Assembly (NCBI GenBank): GCA_965204735.1
Contig: OZ242008.1
Location: forward strand, 2,720,001 to 2,784,000
DNA length: 64,000 nt
Reading direction: 5' to 3'
Source of the DNA: Longimicrobiales bacterium
GTDB taxonomy: Bacteria; Gemmatimonadota; Gemmatimonadetes; Longimicrobiales; Gaopeijiaceae
Each line of letters begins with the position of its first letter. The stretch's first letter is position 1. The position numbers and the translations under genes are program-made. This document shows, piece after piece, positions 29,938-38,698 of the stretch. The notes under the pieces are model-generated. The model saw only the letters and a list, made by a program, of their open reading frames with translations. It searched no databases and was not told where the DNA came from.

Positions 29938-30051
29938 CTACGTCCCGTTCTTGCGCGATTCCCTGCGGACGGCGGTGCGCAGCACGACCAGGAGGCCGCC
30001 CCAGACGAAGGTCATGACGGCGATCATGGTGATCCAGGCGGCAGGGGTCAT
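29938..30051 (-). CDS. 37-aa membrane peptide, MetS-like NSS transporter small subunit (not in the ORF track)
   Basis: Translated by hand: [37 protein letters not shown]; single TM with WGG and a basic tail. Confidence 0.7.
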   Translation of the reverse strand: MTPAAWITMIAVMTFVWGGLLVVLRTAVRRESRKNGT

Positions 30052-30153
30052 GGGCAACGGGCTCGTTCAGGGTAGGGTGTGAGGCGGAGTCGCCTTAGCT
30101 TGAGCGAACTCGGCCGGAGCGACCCGAGGGGAACTGTTCCGTCAGCCGATCTT

Positions 30154-30600
30154 CTACTGCTCGCCAATCTCCTCCGTGCCTCGGTTGATCTGCGCCAGGA
30201 GCCGCTCTTCCCTTGCAAGCATGGATTCCTCCATTTCCCCGATCTGTGCCAAGAGTCGCTCCTCCAGTTCCCCCATCAGCACCAAGAGTAGCTCCTTGGT
30301 TGCTTGGTTGGAATCCCTCAGTTCGACGATGTCTTCCTTTACTTCACGGAGGATGTCCTCCTTTACCTGACGGATCTGCGTCTCCAGCCGGTCCTCCATT
30401 CGGTTGAGCTGGCCCAGGAAGATCGCGAGGAAGACGCCGAGCGCGGCAACAACCGAGACCAAAATGACCACCGGGGTATTCACGACATTCCATGCGGCAG
30501 TCCAGGCTTTCCCTTCCCCACGACCATCCTGCTCGCCCTGACTCGGCACTGTGGTTTCCGGCGACCTTCCCTCGGACGCTCGATCGTTCGCAGTCCTCAT
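30154..30600 (-). CDS. Hypothetical single-TM coiled-coil protein
   Basis: TM VVILVSVVAALGVFLAIFLG followed by Glu/Leu heptads with internal repeats (EVKEDI, EERLLAQI). Confidence 0.7.
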   Translation of the reverse strand: MRTANDRASEGRSPETTVPSQGEQDGRGEGKAWTAAWNVVNTPVVILVSVVAALGVFLAIFLGQLNRMEDRLETQIRQVKEDILREVKEDIVELRDSNQATKELLLVLMGELEERLLAQIGEMEESMLAREERLLAQINRGTEEIGEQ

Positions 30601-30726
30601 TCTCGCTGCCTCCTCCCGTTCGGTTCAGGATGTTGGGCGCTCCGACATTCGCGAGCCTTCAGTGGAGCGCCGAGGGCTGGAAGATGGCGACGCGGGCTGT
30701 CGTCACGCAACAGATGCCCGTCGCTG

Positions 30727-31878
30727 CTACGACGGCAGTCCGGCAATGTCGTACCACGCCACTGCGCGCTGGTCGATCCCTCGGGTGTCGTCGGGGAGAG
30801 GCCGGCGCTCGGTCACGACGGCCAGGGCGTCGCCCAGCACGTCGAAGCCGACCACCCGGCTCGACACTCGCACCGTACCGACGTAGTTGGAGCGTACGTA
30901 GAGCTCGAAGTACGAGAACTCGTCCCGGTCCCTGCTCGTCACGACCCACAGCCTGCCGGAGTCGTCGACCATGGGACCGAGGAACGACCACTGCTTCGCC
31001 TTCCGGCGGAAGGCTTCCACGTCGGCGTCGGTGAGGTCTCCCCGGAACGACCCCCGTCGCGCGTCCACGAATTCGTCCACGTCCCGTTGGTTGGGAAGCT
31101 CGCCTGCGTAGGCAGGGCGCTGGAGCACCACCGTGGAGTCGCCGTCTCGGTCGGGAAAGAGGACGAGCTGGCCGTCGCAGGCCGTGAACACCACGCCTCC
31201 GTCCGGCGTCGCGGCCCCGAATGCCGAGCCTCGAAGCTGCAAGCCGTCGCTGGCGGCAGCATCGTCGCATCCGGGGTAGGCAAGGTCTCTCGGGAAGGCT
31301 CGCTCCCACGTCGTTTCCCCGTCAGCCTCGTCGATCTGCACTTGGCGGAACTCCAGGCCGGCGCCGTCGATGCGCAGGTAGTGGCCGTCCAGGACCGCGT
31401 CCATCGGCCCCTTCGGGGTGAAGAGACTCGGAAGCCGCGTCTCGGACACGCGCTCGCCCGTAGGTCGGAAGGCGGTGAGCCGGTTCAAGCTTCCGTCCAC
31501 GACCGCCACCGAGCCCTGCGGCCCGCGAACGACGGATTGGATGCTGGCGAACTCTCCCGGCCCCTCGCCTTGCCGCCCCCACACCTCGGCCGGACGCCCG
31601 TCGCGATGCAGGCAGTGAATCCGAACGAAGTAGGAATCGACCACGCAGGCAACGCCCTCCGAGACCAGCGCCACGCTCGAAACCGCGCTGGCGGGAGCCT
31701 CGACTTCGGCGACAGGCGCACCGACCAGCAAGAGGCGCTCCTCCACCGCGCCGCCCCCGCAGCCCACGATCGCCGCCAAGGCCGTCAGGACCTGGACGGC
31801 GACATGGGCGCGAGTGCACTCCGGCACGATGGCTGCCGGCGCGCGGCTCAGGCGGGCGTGCAGAACTCTGCCATTCAT
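30727..31878 (-). CDS. 6-bladed beta-propeller lipoprotein
   Basis: WGRQGEGPGEF motif, VDGSLNRLTAFRPTG, VDDSGRLWV; lipobox-like IVGC. Start uncertain. Confidence 0.75.
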   Translation of the reverse strand: MNGRVLHARLSRAPAAIVPECTRAHVAVQVLTALAAIVGCGGGAVEERLLLVGAPVAEVEAPASAVSSVALVSEGVACVVDSYFVRIHCLHRDGRPAEVWGRQGEGPGEFASIQSVVRGPQGSVAVVDGSLNRLTAFRPTGERVSETRLPSLFTPKGPMDAVLDGHYLRIDGAGLEFRQVQIDEADGETTWERAFPRDLAYPGCDDAAASDGLQLRGSAFGAATPDGGVVFTACDGQLVLFPDRDGDSTVVLQRPAYAGELPNQRDVDEFVDARRGSFRGDLTDADVEAFRRKAKQWSFLGPMVDDSGRLWVVTSRDRDEFSYFELYVRSNYVGTVRVSSRVVGFDVLGDALAVVTERRPLPDDTRGIDQRAVAWYDIAGLPS

Positions 31879-31989
31879 GCCTGGTAGGCGGGACGTAATG
31901 GACTTGGGACGCGAATTGCCTAAATGTAATCGTTTCGTCACATTTCGAATCGTCCTGTAAGATCTTTCCCGCAACCGAAAGCGACTTGG

Positions 31990-33507
31990 ATGCATCGGTC
32001 TCCTACGCGCGAGAAAGAGGCGCTGCTGGGCCAGGCTTGGCTGGTGCGGGAAGTGGCGCCGCCGGCGGCCGCGCTGCTGGTGGAAAGCCGTCGGGTCGTC
32101 TCGGGCGCCCGCCGGACGGAGGTCCGCGGCGCGCGAACCTTGGAGCTGCATCCCCGCCGATCCTCGCTGGAAGACTCCGTCGTGGCTCACCTGCGCTTCG
32201 CGTTGCGTCACGAGGCTCTGGACATGGGGGTGCTGTCAGGCGTCTTCAGCGTCCTGGACCCCGGAGTGATCGAGGGGTGGGTACGCAGGGAGCCCACGGG
32301 CGCCCTCAGCCGGCGGGCTTGGTTTCTGTACGAGACCCTGACCGGCCGGGCGCTCGACTTGGAGAACGCCACCCGCGGCAACTACGCGGAAGCGCTGGAC
32401 CCCCGCAAGCACGTCGTGGCCGGTCGTCGCAACTCCCGCCGTCACCGCGTGGCCGACAATCTGCTCGGGGGGTCGGGGATGTGCGTCACCGTCAGGCGGA
32501 CGGACACCCTGCGGCGCGCCATGGCAAGCCGGCCGGACCTGCGCCTGCGCGAGCTTCTGGCCTCGTGTCGGACCGACGTGCTGGGGCGCGCCGTCAACTA
32601 CTTGTACACCAAGGAGACCCGCACATCCTTCGCCATCGAAGGGGAAAGGCCAACTCCGCGACGGGCCGAGCGCTTCGTCGCCGCCCTCAAGGGCGCCCCC
32701 GTCTTCGAGCCGACGGACGAGGGTGCGCTGGCGGCCCTCCAGAACGCGATCGTGGAGCCTCGCTACGCTGCCGCCGGATGGCGGGAAGTTCAGAGCTTCG
32801 TCGGAGGAACCGGCTCGGGCTTCCGGGAGGAAGTCCACTTCGTGTGCCCCCGACCGGAAGACGTGCCGGACCTCATGGACGGGTGGGCGGCGCTCTACCG
32901 GCGCGTGGCCCGGGGCGACGTGCCAGCGGTGGTGGCGGCGGCAGCGACGGCGTTCGCCTTCGTCTTCGTCCACCCCTTCGAGGACGGCAACGGGCGAATC
33001 CACCGCTTCCTGATTCATCATGTCCTGGCGCGTACGGGCTACGTTCCCCCCGACGTGGTGTTTCCCGTGTCCGCCGCGATCCTCCGAGACCGGGCCGGCT
33101 ACGACCGCGTGCTGGAGTCCTTCTCGCGGCCCCGGCTGGCTCTCGCCGAATGGCGGTGGGCGCCCGAGGGGTCGTTGGTCGTAGGGAACGAGACGGCGAA
33201 CCTCTACCGCTACTTCGACGCGACGCCGTTCGCCGAGTACCTGCACGAGCGCGTCGCCGAAGCCGTTGAACGCGACGTGAAGGACGAGATCGACTTCATC
33301 GTCGCCTTCGACCGCGCCTTCGACGCGGTTCGAGAAGTCGTGGACATGCCCGACCGCCGGGCGTCGCTGCTGCTTCGCCTCTGCATGCAGAACCAAGGGC
33401 GGCTGCCCCGGCGCAAGCGGCGACTCTTCCCCGAGCTGGCCGACGAAGAGGTCGCCGCCATGGAGGACGCCGTGCGCCAGGTCTTGACCGCCGAGGGCGA
33501 GCAGTAG
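31990..33507 (+). CDS. Fic-domain protein (AMP transferase)
   Basis: Canonical HPFEDGNGRIHR; inhibitory-type SFAIEG motif upstream. Confidence 0.93.
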   Translation: MHRSPTREKEALLGQAWLVREVAPPAAALLVESRRVVSGARRTEVRGARTLELHPRRSSLEDSVVAHLRFALRHEALDMGVLSGVFSVLDPGVIEGWVRREPTGALSRRAWFLYETLTGRALDLENATRGNYAEALDPRKHVVAGRRNSRRHRVADNLLGGSGMCVTVRRTDTLRRAMASRPDLRLRELLASCRTDVLGRAVNYLYTKETRTSFAIEGERPTPRRAERFVAALKGAPVFEPTDEGALAALQNAIVEPRYAAAGWREVQSFVGGTGSGFREEVHFVCPRPEDVPDLMDGWAALYRRVARGDVPAVVAAAATAFAFVFVHPFEDGNGRIHRFLIHHVLARTGYVPPDVVFPVSAAILRDRAGYDRVLESFSRPRLALAEWRWAPEGSLVVGNETANLYRYFDATPFAEYLHERVAEAVERDVKDEIDFIVAFDRAFDAVREVVDMPDRRASLLLRLCMQNQGRLPRRKRRLFPELADEEVAAMEDAVRQVLTAEGEQ

Positions 33508-33519
33508 GGGCGGCCCGCG

Positions 33520-35520
33520 TCAGCGCCGCCGACGCACCAAGCGGAAGCGGAAGCGCTTGTCGGGGCGGATCGTGGGGATCGTGGAGGTGGCGAGCTCGTA
33601 GCCGGGCGGGTCCATGGCGATCTCGGCCTCGTGGACGATCGTGGCGAAGTTGAGGATGATCTGGGCCTCGGCGAACCCGGCGCCCAGGCAGCGATGGGAC
33701 CCCAGCCCGAAGGGGACGAAGGCGTTGCGCTGACGGTGCTCGGCGCGTTCCGGCAAGTAGCGGTCGATGTCGAACGTGTACGGATCGGGGAAGAGCTCGG
33801 GGACGAAGTGCGACACCGTGGCCGCCACCAGCAGCACCTCGCCCGCGGGCACGCGGTGGCCCGCGAACTCGAAGCTGTTGGACACGTGGCGCGGTATGAC
33901 GGGCACGATGGGGTACCGGCGAAGCGTCTCCAGCGCGACACGGTGCGTCGTCTCCATCGCGCGCAGGCCCCGGGCCGTCGGCGGACCGGCGGCGAAGAGG
34001 GCGTCGGCCTCGGCCTGGACCCGCTCCATGACTTCTGGGTGCTTGAAGAGGGAGTACAGCATGTAGGCGCAGCTCACGCCCACCGTGTCCAGGCCGACCA
34101 GGTAGGGGGTCATCACGGCGAACTTCAGGTCGGTCTCGGGAAGGAGGACCGGGTCCGCCTCGTGCAGCTCGATCAGGTCGTTCACCATGTCGCCGGCGTC
34201 GGCCCAGCGTCCCCCGGGCCTGTGCTCCTCGACGACCTGGGCGACGGCTTCCTCGATGCGGCCGCGCACCTTCCTGAACTTGCGCGCGTAGAGGAACATG
34301 GGCCGCTGGCGCGCGATCTTCGTGGCCAGGAGCGTGTCGAAGAAGAAGAGGAAGTCGTCCATGTACTCGGCCGGGCTCGAGTGCGTCAGGATCGTGCCCA
34401 GCTGCCGGGATATGATGCGCTGCATGGCGTGGACCCCGCCCACGGAGCGGCCCGCCCAAGAGTCGATCTCGCTGCGGGCGATCTCCGCCGCGGCGCTCAT
34501 GTGCGCCTCGAAGCGGCCTCGGGAGTAGAGCGCCGCGTTGAAGCGACGCAGCCGGACGTGCTCGCCGCCGTCCATCGCCGTGAGCACCTTCGACAGTCCG
34601 AGCTCTTGGAAGAAGGCGCTCCAGGGCTCGAAGGAACGCAGGTAGCGCTTGCCCTGCTTGTGCACCCACGTGTTCGCCTCCTGGCCGGCAAGGACGTGCA
34701 CCTCGTGTCCCAGGAACCTCACCTTGAAGACGGGACCCAGCTCCAGGTGCTTCTTCACCAGGAAGTCCGTGAGGTTCTTCCTGGCTTCCAGCGCGCATCC
34801 CACGACGGGCAGGCCCTTGGCGAAGGGGATCGGCGCTGTCGCGCGGGCCTTGGGCGTCTTCGCCGCTTCGGCCACCAGCTGGCGGACGACCTGGGAGACG
34901 GTTCGGCCGATCAGGTCCAGGCGCCGCACCACATCCAGGCGGTCGGCCACCTCGGCGAGCTCGTCCTTGGCCAGCACGCCTTCGAAGAGGCCGCAGGCGT
35001 CGGCCAGCCCGATGATGGCGGCGTCGCGGGGGTCGGGCACGTCGTCGTCGAAGAGCACCTGCATGACCCGCAGGCGCACTTCCTGCTGGACCTCGCCTTC
35101 CCCGCCCGCCGGGTAGCGACGGGCGCGGCGAACGTGCTGGGAAAGGGCGATCAGCCCGTCCTCGCCGGACTCCAGGACGCCGGCCGCCACCAACCGCACC
35201 AGGGCGGAGTCGCGGATCGCCTCGCCGTCCTTTGCGACCTCGCGCAGCCAGTGCTCGGCGTTCCGGTCGCGGTCGCCGGGCTCGGCGGCGCTCTTGGCGA
35301 TGCGGGCCAGGATCGGGTCCAGCGTGTCGTCGCCCAGCGGCTCCGGGCTGACCAGGATCAGCTTCTCCAGGTCCGTGTCGATCCGGTCCTCGAACGCCAG
35401 GTCCATCAGCACCGCCCCGGCGAGAGCGTGGTGCAGGCGCACCTCCGGCACGGAGCCCAGGTCCCCGGAGTTCTCGTCGAGGATCAGCAGAAGGATCTCG
35501 TCGGCGAAGCGCAGCTTCAT
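33520..35520 (-). CDS. GPP34/GOLPH3-domain + cytochrome P450 fusion
   Basis: N-terminal FADEILLLILDENSG...LAGAVLMDLAFEDRI...LVAAGVL (GPP34-like); C-terminal I-helix VGLDT, ETLR, LPER and heme motif FGLGSHRCLG in one frame. Confidence 0.88.
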   Translation of the reverse strand: MKLRFADEILLLILDENSGDLGSVPEVRLHHALAGAVLMDLAFEDRIDTDLEKLILVSPEPLGDDTLDPILARIAKSAAEPGDRDRNAEHWLREVAKDGEAIRDSALVRLVAAGVLESGEDGLIALSQHVRRARRYPAGGEGEVQQEVRLRVMQVLFDDDVPDPRDAAIIGLADACGLFEGVLAKDELAEVADRLDVVRRLDLIGRTVSQVVRQLVAEAAKTPKARATAPIPFAKGLPVVGCALEARKNLTDFLVKKHLELGPVFKVRFLGHEVHVLAGQEANTWVHKQGKRYLRSFEPWSAFFQELGLSKVLTAMDGGEHVRLRRFNAALYSRGRFEAHMSAAAEIARSEIDSWAGRSVGGVHAMQRIISRQLGTILTHSSPAEYMDDFLFFFDTLLATKIARQRPMFLYARKFRKVRGRIEEAVAQVVEEHRPGGRWADAGDMVNDLIELHEADPVLLPETDLKFAVMTPYLVGLDTVGVSCAYMLYSLFKHPEVMERVQAEADALFAAGPPTARGLRAMETTHRVALETLRRYPIVPVIPRHVSNSFEFAGHRVPAGEVLLVAATVSHFVPELFPDPYTFDIDRYLPERAEHRQRNAFVPFGLGSHRCLGAGFAEAQIILNFATIVHEAEIAMDPPGYELATSTIPTIRPDKRFRFRLVRRRR

Positions 35521-36062
35521 TCGGCGGCCTCGCCGGTCGGGGCGTGGTTTGCCGGGGCGTCGTTTTCCGGGGCGTCGCCTGCTGGGACATCGCGCGCTGG
35601 GGCGTCGCTTCCCGGGGCGTCGCCTGCTGGGGCGTCGCTTGCTGGGCCTAGGTCGCTCGCTCGGGCGCGCACGTGCTCGCCGGCGACCGCCACCACGCGA
35701 GCCGCGCATTCAAGGGCGCCGGCCGCCTGCGCGGCGGAGAACGCTTCGGCGGGCGTGCCTTCCGGGAGGCCGTTCGGATAACGGGTCGGCACGTAGTAGA
35801 GGTCCAGGGTGCGGGCGTCCTCCGTCGCTGCTCGGAGGGCCGGGACCGGCGGATCAAGTCGATCTATCAAGCTTCGCACGCTGGACCCGAGCACCATCCG
35901 CGCGCCGGCGGCGTAGTGGACCGCCTTCACGGCCTTCTCCGCCGCTTGCTGGGCCGCAAAGCAGGCGTGCGCGCTGTAGCCTCCCCTTGCCGAGTAGCGC
36001 GCGAACTCCAGCTCGTCTTCGGCCGAGGCCAGCCAGCGCCGGGCTTCCTCCGCGCTGGTCAC
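35517..36062 (-). CDS. HEPN-domain protein with 15-bp repeat tail
   Basis: RWLASAEDELEFA, ACFAAQQAAEKAVKA, LDLYYVPTRYP; stop overlaps the P450 ATG. Confidence 0.88.
   Translation of the reverse strand: MTSAEEARRWLASAEDELEFARYSARGGYSAHACFAAQQAAEKAVKAVHYAAGARMVLGSSVRSLIDRLDPPVPALRAATEDARTLDLYYVPTRYPNGLPEGTPAEAFSAAQAAGALECAARVVAVAGEHVRARASDLGPASDAPAGDAPGSDAPARDVPAGDAPENDAPANHAPTGEAAE
35539..35643. repeat. Imperfect tandem repeat, 7 x 15 bp (GGGGCGTCGnnTnCn) in the HEPN C-terminus
   Basis: Encodes xxDAP pentapeptides. Confidence 0.85.
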
Positions 36063-36138
36063 CGCGAAGCGTCGCTGCGGAGCGAGCAGGGGGCGGGCGC
36101 CCGGAGCACCTCGACGGACCCGGCGACGTCCGGCCACG

Positions 36139-36753
36139 TCACGGTCCGGCGCCGCGCCGCGCGGCCTGGTCGACTCCTCGCACTTCCAGCACGTCGGCCA
36201 CGCCCCGCAAGCCGTCGATCACGTTCTGGACGTGCACCGCCCGGTCCAGCGCCATGTACTCGATCCCCCGCTGCACGGCGTCCCGGTGCACTCCGGCGGC
36301 GAACGACTTGTCCTTGAGCTTCTTGACCACGGACCGGGGCTTCAGGTCGTCGATGCCGTTGGGGCGGACCAGGCAGCAGGCGTAGACCAGGCCGCTGAGC
36401 TCGTCGCAGCCGTAGAGGACCTTGTCCAGGGGAGTCTCGGGCGCCGCGTCGGAGCGGTCCGGGTAGGCGTGGGCCAGGACGGCGTGGACCACTTCGTCCG
36501 GATAGCCCAGCTCGCGCAGGCGCTGGACGCCGACGTGGGGGTGCTCGTCGGGGTGCTTCTCCCAGTCCAGGTCGTGAAGGAGGCCCGCCAGTCCCCAGAG
36601 CTCCGCGTCCTCGCCCATCAGCCCAGCGTAGTGGCGGACCGCGGCTTCCACGGCATACATGTGCTTTCGGAGCGCCTCGCTCTCGACCCACTCCTCCAGG
36701 AGCGCGACGGCGTCGGAACGGGTCGGCGTCGGCGTTGACGGCGATGTTGGCAT
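36139..36753 (-). CDS. HD-superfamily hydrolase
   Basis: LRKHMYAVE, GLLHDLDWE, AVLAHA, CDELSG, KKLKDKSFAAGV. Confidence 0.9.
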   Translation of the reverse strand: MPTSPSTPTPTRSDAVALLEEWVESEALRKHMYAVEAAVRHYAGLMGEDAELWGLAGLLHDLDWEKHPDEHPHVGVQRLRELGYPDEVVHAVLAHAYPDRSDAAPETPLDKVLYGCDELSGLVYACCLVRPNGIDDLKPRSVVKKLKDKSFAAGVHRDAVQRGIEYMALDRAVHVQNVIDGLRGVADVLEVRGVDQAARRGAGP

Positions 36754-36843
36754 CGGCGGTGGCTTCGGGGTGGCGATGGCGTCGGCGTCCGCTACCAGGG
36801 CGGCGGCGACGCTCGGGAAGAACCGGCTTCGTCCGTCAGCCCA

Positions 36844-37494
36844 TCAGACGGCGCTCGACCGGCAGAGGTGGGAGACCGCGCACTCGTTGCAGCGGGGCCG
36901 GCGAGCCCGGCAGACCTTGCGGCCGTGGTAGATGAGCAGGTGGGCGAGCATCGTCCACCTCTCGCGGGCAAAGAGTCCCATCAGGTCCTGCTCGATCTTG
37001 TTCGGGTTCGTCTCGGCGGTGAACCCCAGGCGACCCGAGAGTCGCTTGACGTGGGTGTCCACGACCACGCCCTCGTCGATGCCGAAGGCGTTGCCCAGGA
37101 TCACGTTGGCCGTCTTGCGCCCGATGCCGGGGAGTGCGGCCAGCTCCTTCATGGTGCGGGGAAGCTCGCCGCCGTGTTCCTCCTCCAGCGCCGTCGCCAT
37201 GCTCACCAGGCTCCGCGCCTTGTTGCGGAAGAAGCCGGTGGAGCGGATCACCTCTTCCAGCTCCTCCTGCTTCGCGCGCGCCAGCGACGGCGGGTCGGGG
37301 TACCGTCGGAAGAGCTCGGGCGTCACCATGTTCACGCGGGCGTCGGTGCACTGGGCCGAGAGGATCGTGGCCACCGCGAGCTCGAACGGCGAGCGGTGGT
37401 GGAGGGCGCACTTGGCGTCCGGGTACTCTTCGGCCAAGAAGTCGTACACCCGGGCGGCGCGTTCCTTGCGGGCCTTCTTGGATTCTCTGGGCAT
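36844..37494 (-). CDS. nth: Endonuclease III
   Basis: ILSAQCTDARVN, HhH LPGIGRKTANV, VVDTHV, FeS motif CRARRPRCNECAVSHLC. Confidence 0.97.
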   Translation of the reverse strand: MPRESKKARKERAARVYDFLAEEYPDAKCALHHRSPFELAVATILSAQCTDARVNMVTPELFRRYPDPPSLARAKQEELEEVIRSTGFFRNKARSLVSMATALEEEHGGELPRTMKELAALPGIGRKTANVILGNAFGIDEGVVVDTHVKRLSGRLGFTAETNPNKIEQDLMGLFARERWTMLAHLLIYHGRKVCRARRPRCNECAVSHLCRSSAV

Positions 37495-37602
37495 GAGCGC
37501 AATCTGCGGTTGCCCACGAGTGCCGGCAAGGCGTCGGACGCCGTAGATGTCGAGCCCCGACAGGCGTTGAAGCCGGGCAACCCCCGGCACCCGGGACGGG
37601 CG

Positions 37603-38682
37603 TCAGAGGACGACGTAGGGCAGGTTCGAGGGGACTGGCGACGACGGCAGCGGAGACGAAGGGACGGCGGGAGGCGAAGCCGAGGGCGAACGCGGCGACG
37701 GAGCGGCAGCAGACGACGGGGCGGCAGACGACGACGGGGCAGCAGGAGGCGACGGAGACGACGGAGCGGCAGCAGACGACGGAGCAGCAGCAGGAGGCGA
37801 CGGAGCGGCAGCAGCAGACGACGGAGCAGGAGGCGACCGAACCGGCTTCCGGGGACGCCGCGTAGATCGCTCCAACGCCAGGGCGACGAGCTTGAGGAGT
37901 TCGGCGGGGGTGCGGATGCCGACGAGGCCGTCCAGCTGCGCGCCGGGCAGGTTGGTGGAGAACTCGCCGCCGCCCTCTCTGGCGGGCGCCGTCGTCCAGG
38001 ACGAAAGGGAGTTCAGGGGCTGCGGAGGCGCAGGGATCACGCCATAGCCGGGGCGGCCTTGCCGCATTCCGGCAACCGCTGCCGAGTGGAAGGCGTACTC
38101 CGGGGCGGCGGCCCAGAAGAAGCCGTCCACCGATTCCGGGCGCTCGGCCTCGGCTTCGTCAGCCCACACCATGTGCTGCGGCAGCTGCACGTAGCCCGCG
38201 CGGCCCCGGAGCGCCCGTTCCCAGCCGGAGTTCGACGCGCCGGCCGCGGACGGGCTCTCGAGCTTGGCGCGCGCACGGGGGGCAGGTCGCCCCTGCTCGT
38301 CGGCGCCGGCGCCCGCCAGCAGACTCCGCAGGGTGCGTTGGGTGATCAGGGTCACGCCGGGGGGGCCGTGCGGGCGCGCCGTCCGCCACAGGTGATAGGC
38401 GAAGAACAGGACCTCGCCATGGACGTGCGGGCCCTGGAGCGCCGACGCGTCCGGGGCGGCTTCTTCAGGCGCGACGGCGGCCGGGCCGTCGTCGTCCGGG
38501 CGCAACTCCGCCAGGATGCCCTGGACCGGGCCCGACACCGTGAAGGCCGCGGGGTTGTGCAGGTCCGTGCCCCGCGCTCCGGCTTCGGCTTCGATCGCGG
38601 GAAAGCGCTCGTCCGCGAAGTCGGGGCTGGGCAGAAGCAGCTCGTAGGGCGTCAGCCGGGCGTAGGCGTCGTGGACCGCCAT
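37603..38682 (-). CDS. Hypothetical protein with Pro/Ser/Ala repeat tail
   Basis: Globular-looking segments (YARLTPYELL, GYVQLPQHMVW, PESVDGFFW), then PSSAAA repeats at about 37630-37840. Confidence 0.7.
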   Translation of the reverse strand: MAVHDAYARLTPYELLLPSPDFADERFPAIEAEAGARGTDLHNPAAFTVSGPVQGILAELRPDDDGPAAVAPEEAAPDASALQGPHVHGEVLFFAYHLWRTARPHGPPGVTLITQRTLRSLLAGAGADEQGRPAPRARAKLESPSAAGASNSGWERALRGRAGYVQLPQHMVWADEAEAERPESVDGFFWAAAPEYAFHSAAVAGMRQGRPGYGVIPAPPQPLNSLSSWTTAPAREGGGEFSTNLPGAQLDGLVGIRTPAELLKLVALALERSTRRPRKPVRSPPAPSSAAAAPSPPAAAPSSAAAPSSPSPPAAPSSSAAPSSAAAPSPRSPSASPPAVPSSPLPSSPVPSNLPYVVL

Positions 38683-38698
38683 CTTGGGAACGCGACGG

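Noticed and set aside
26103..30017. Long antisense or alternative-frame ORFs here and elsewhere (e.g. 1708-4800, 7187-10198, 52814-57598, 57650-61351)
   Set aside because: Arg/Gly/Pro-rich shadow ORFs expected in high-GC DNA, overlapping well-supported genes.
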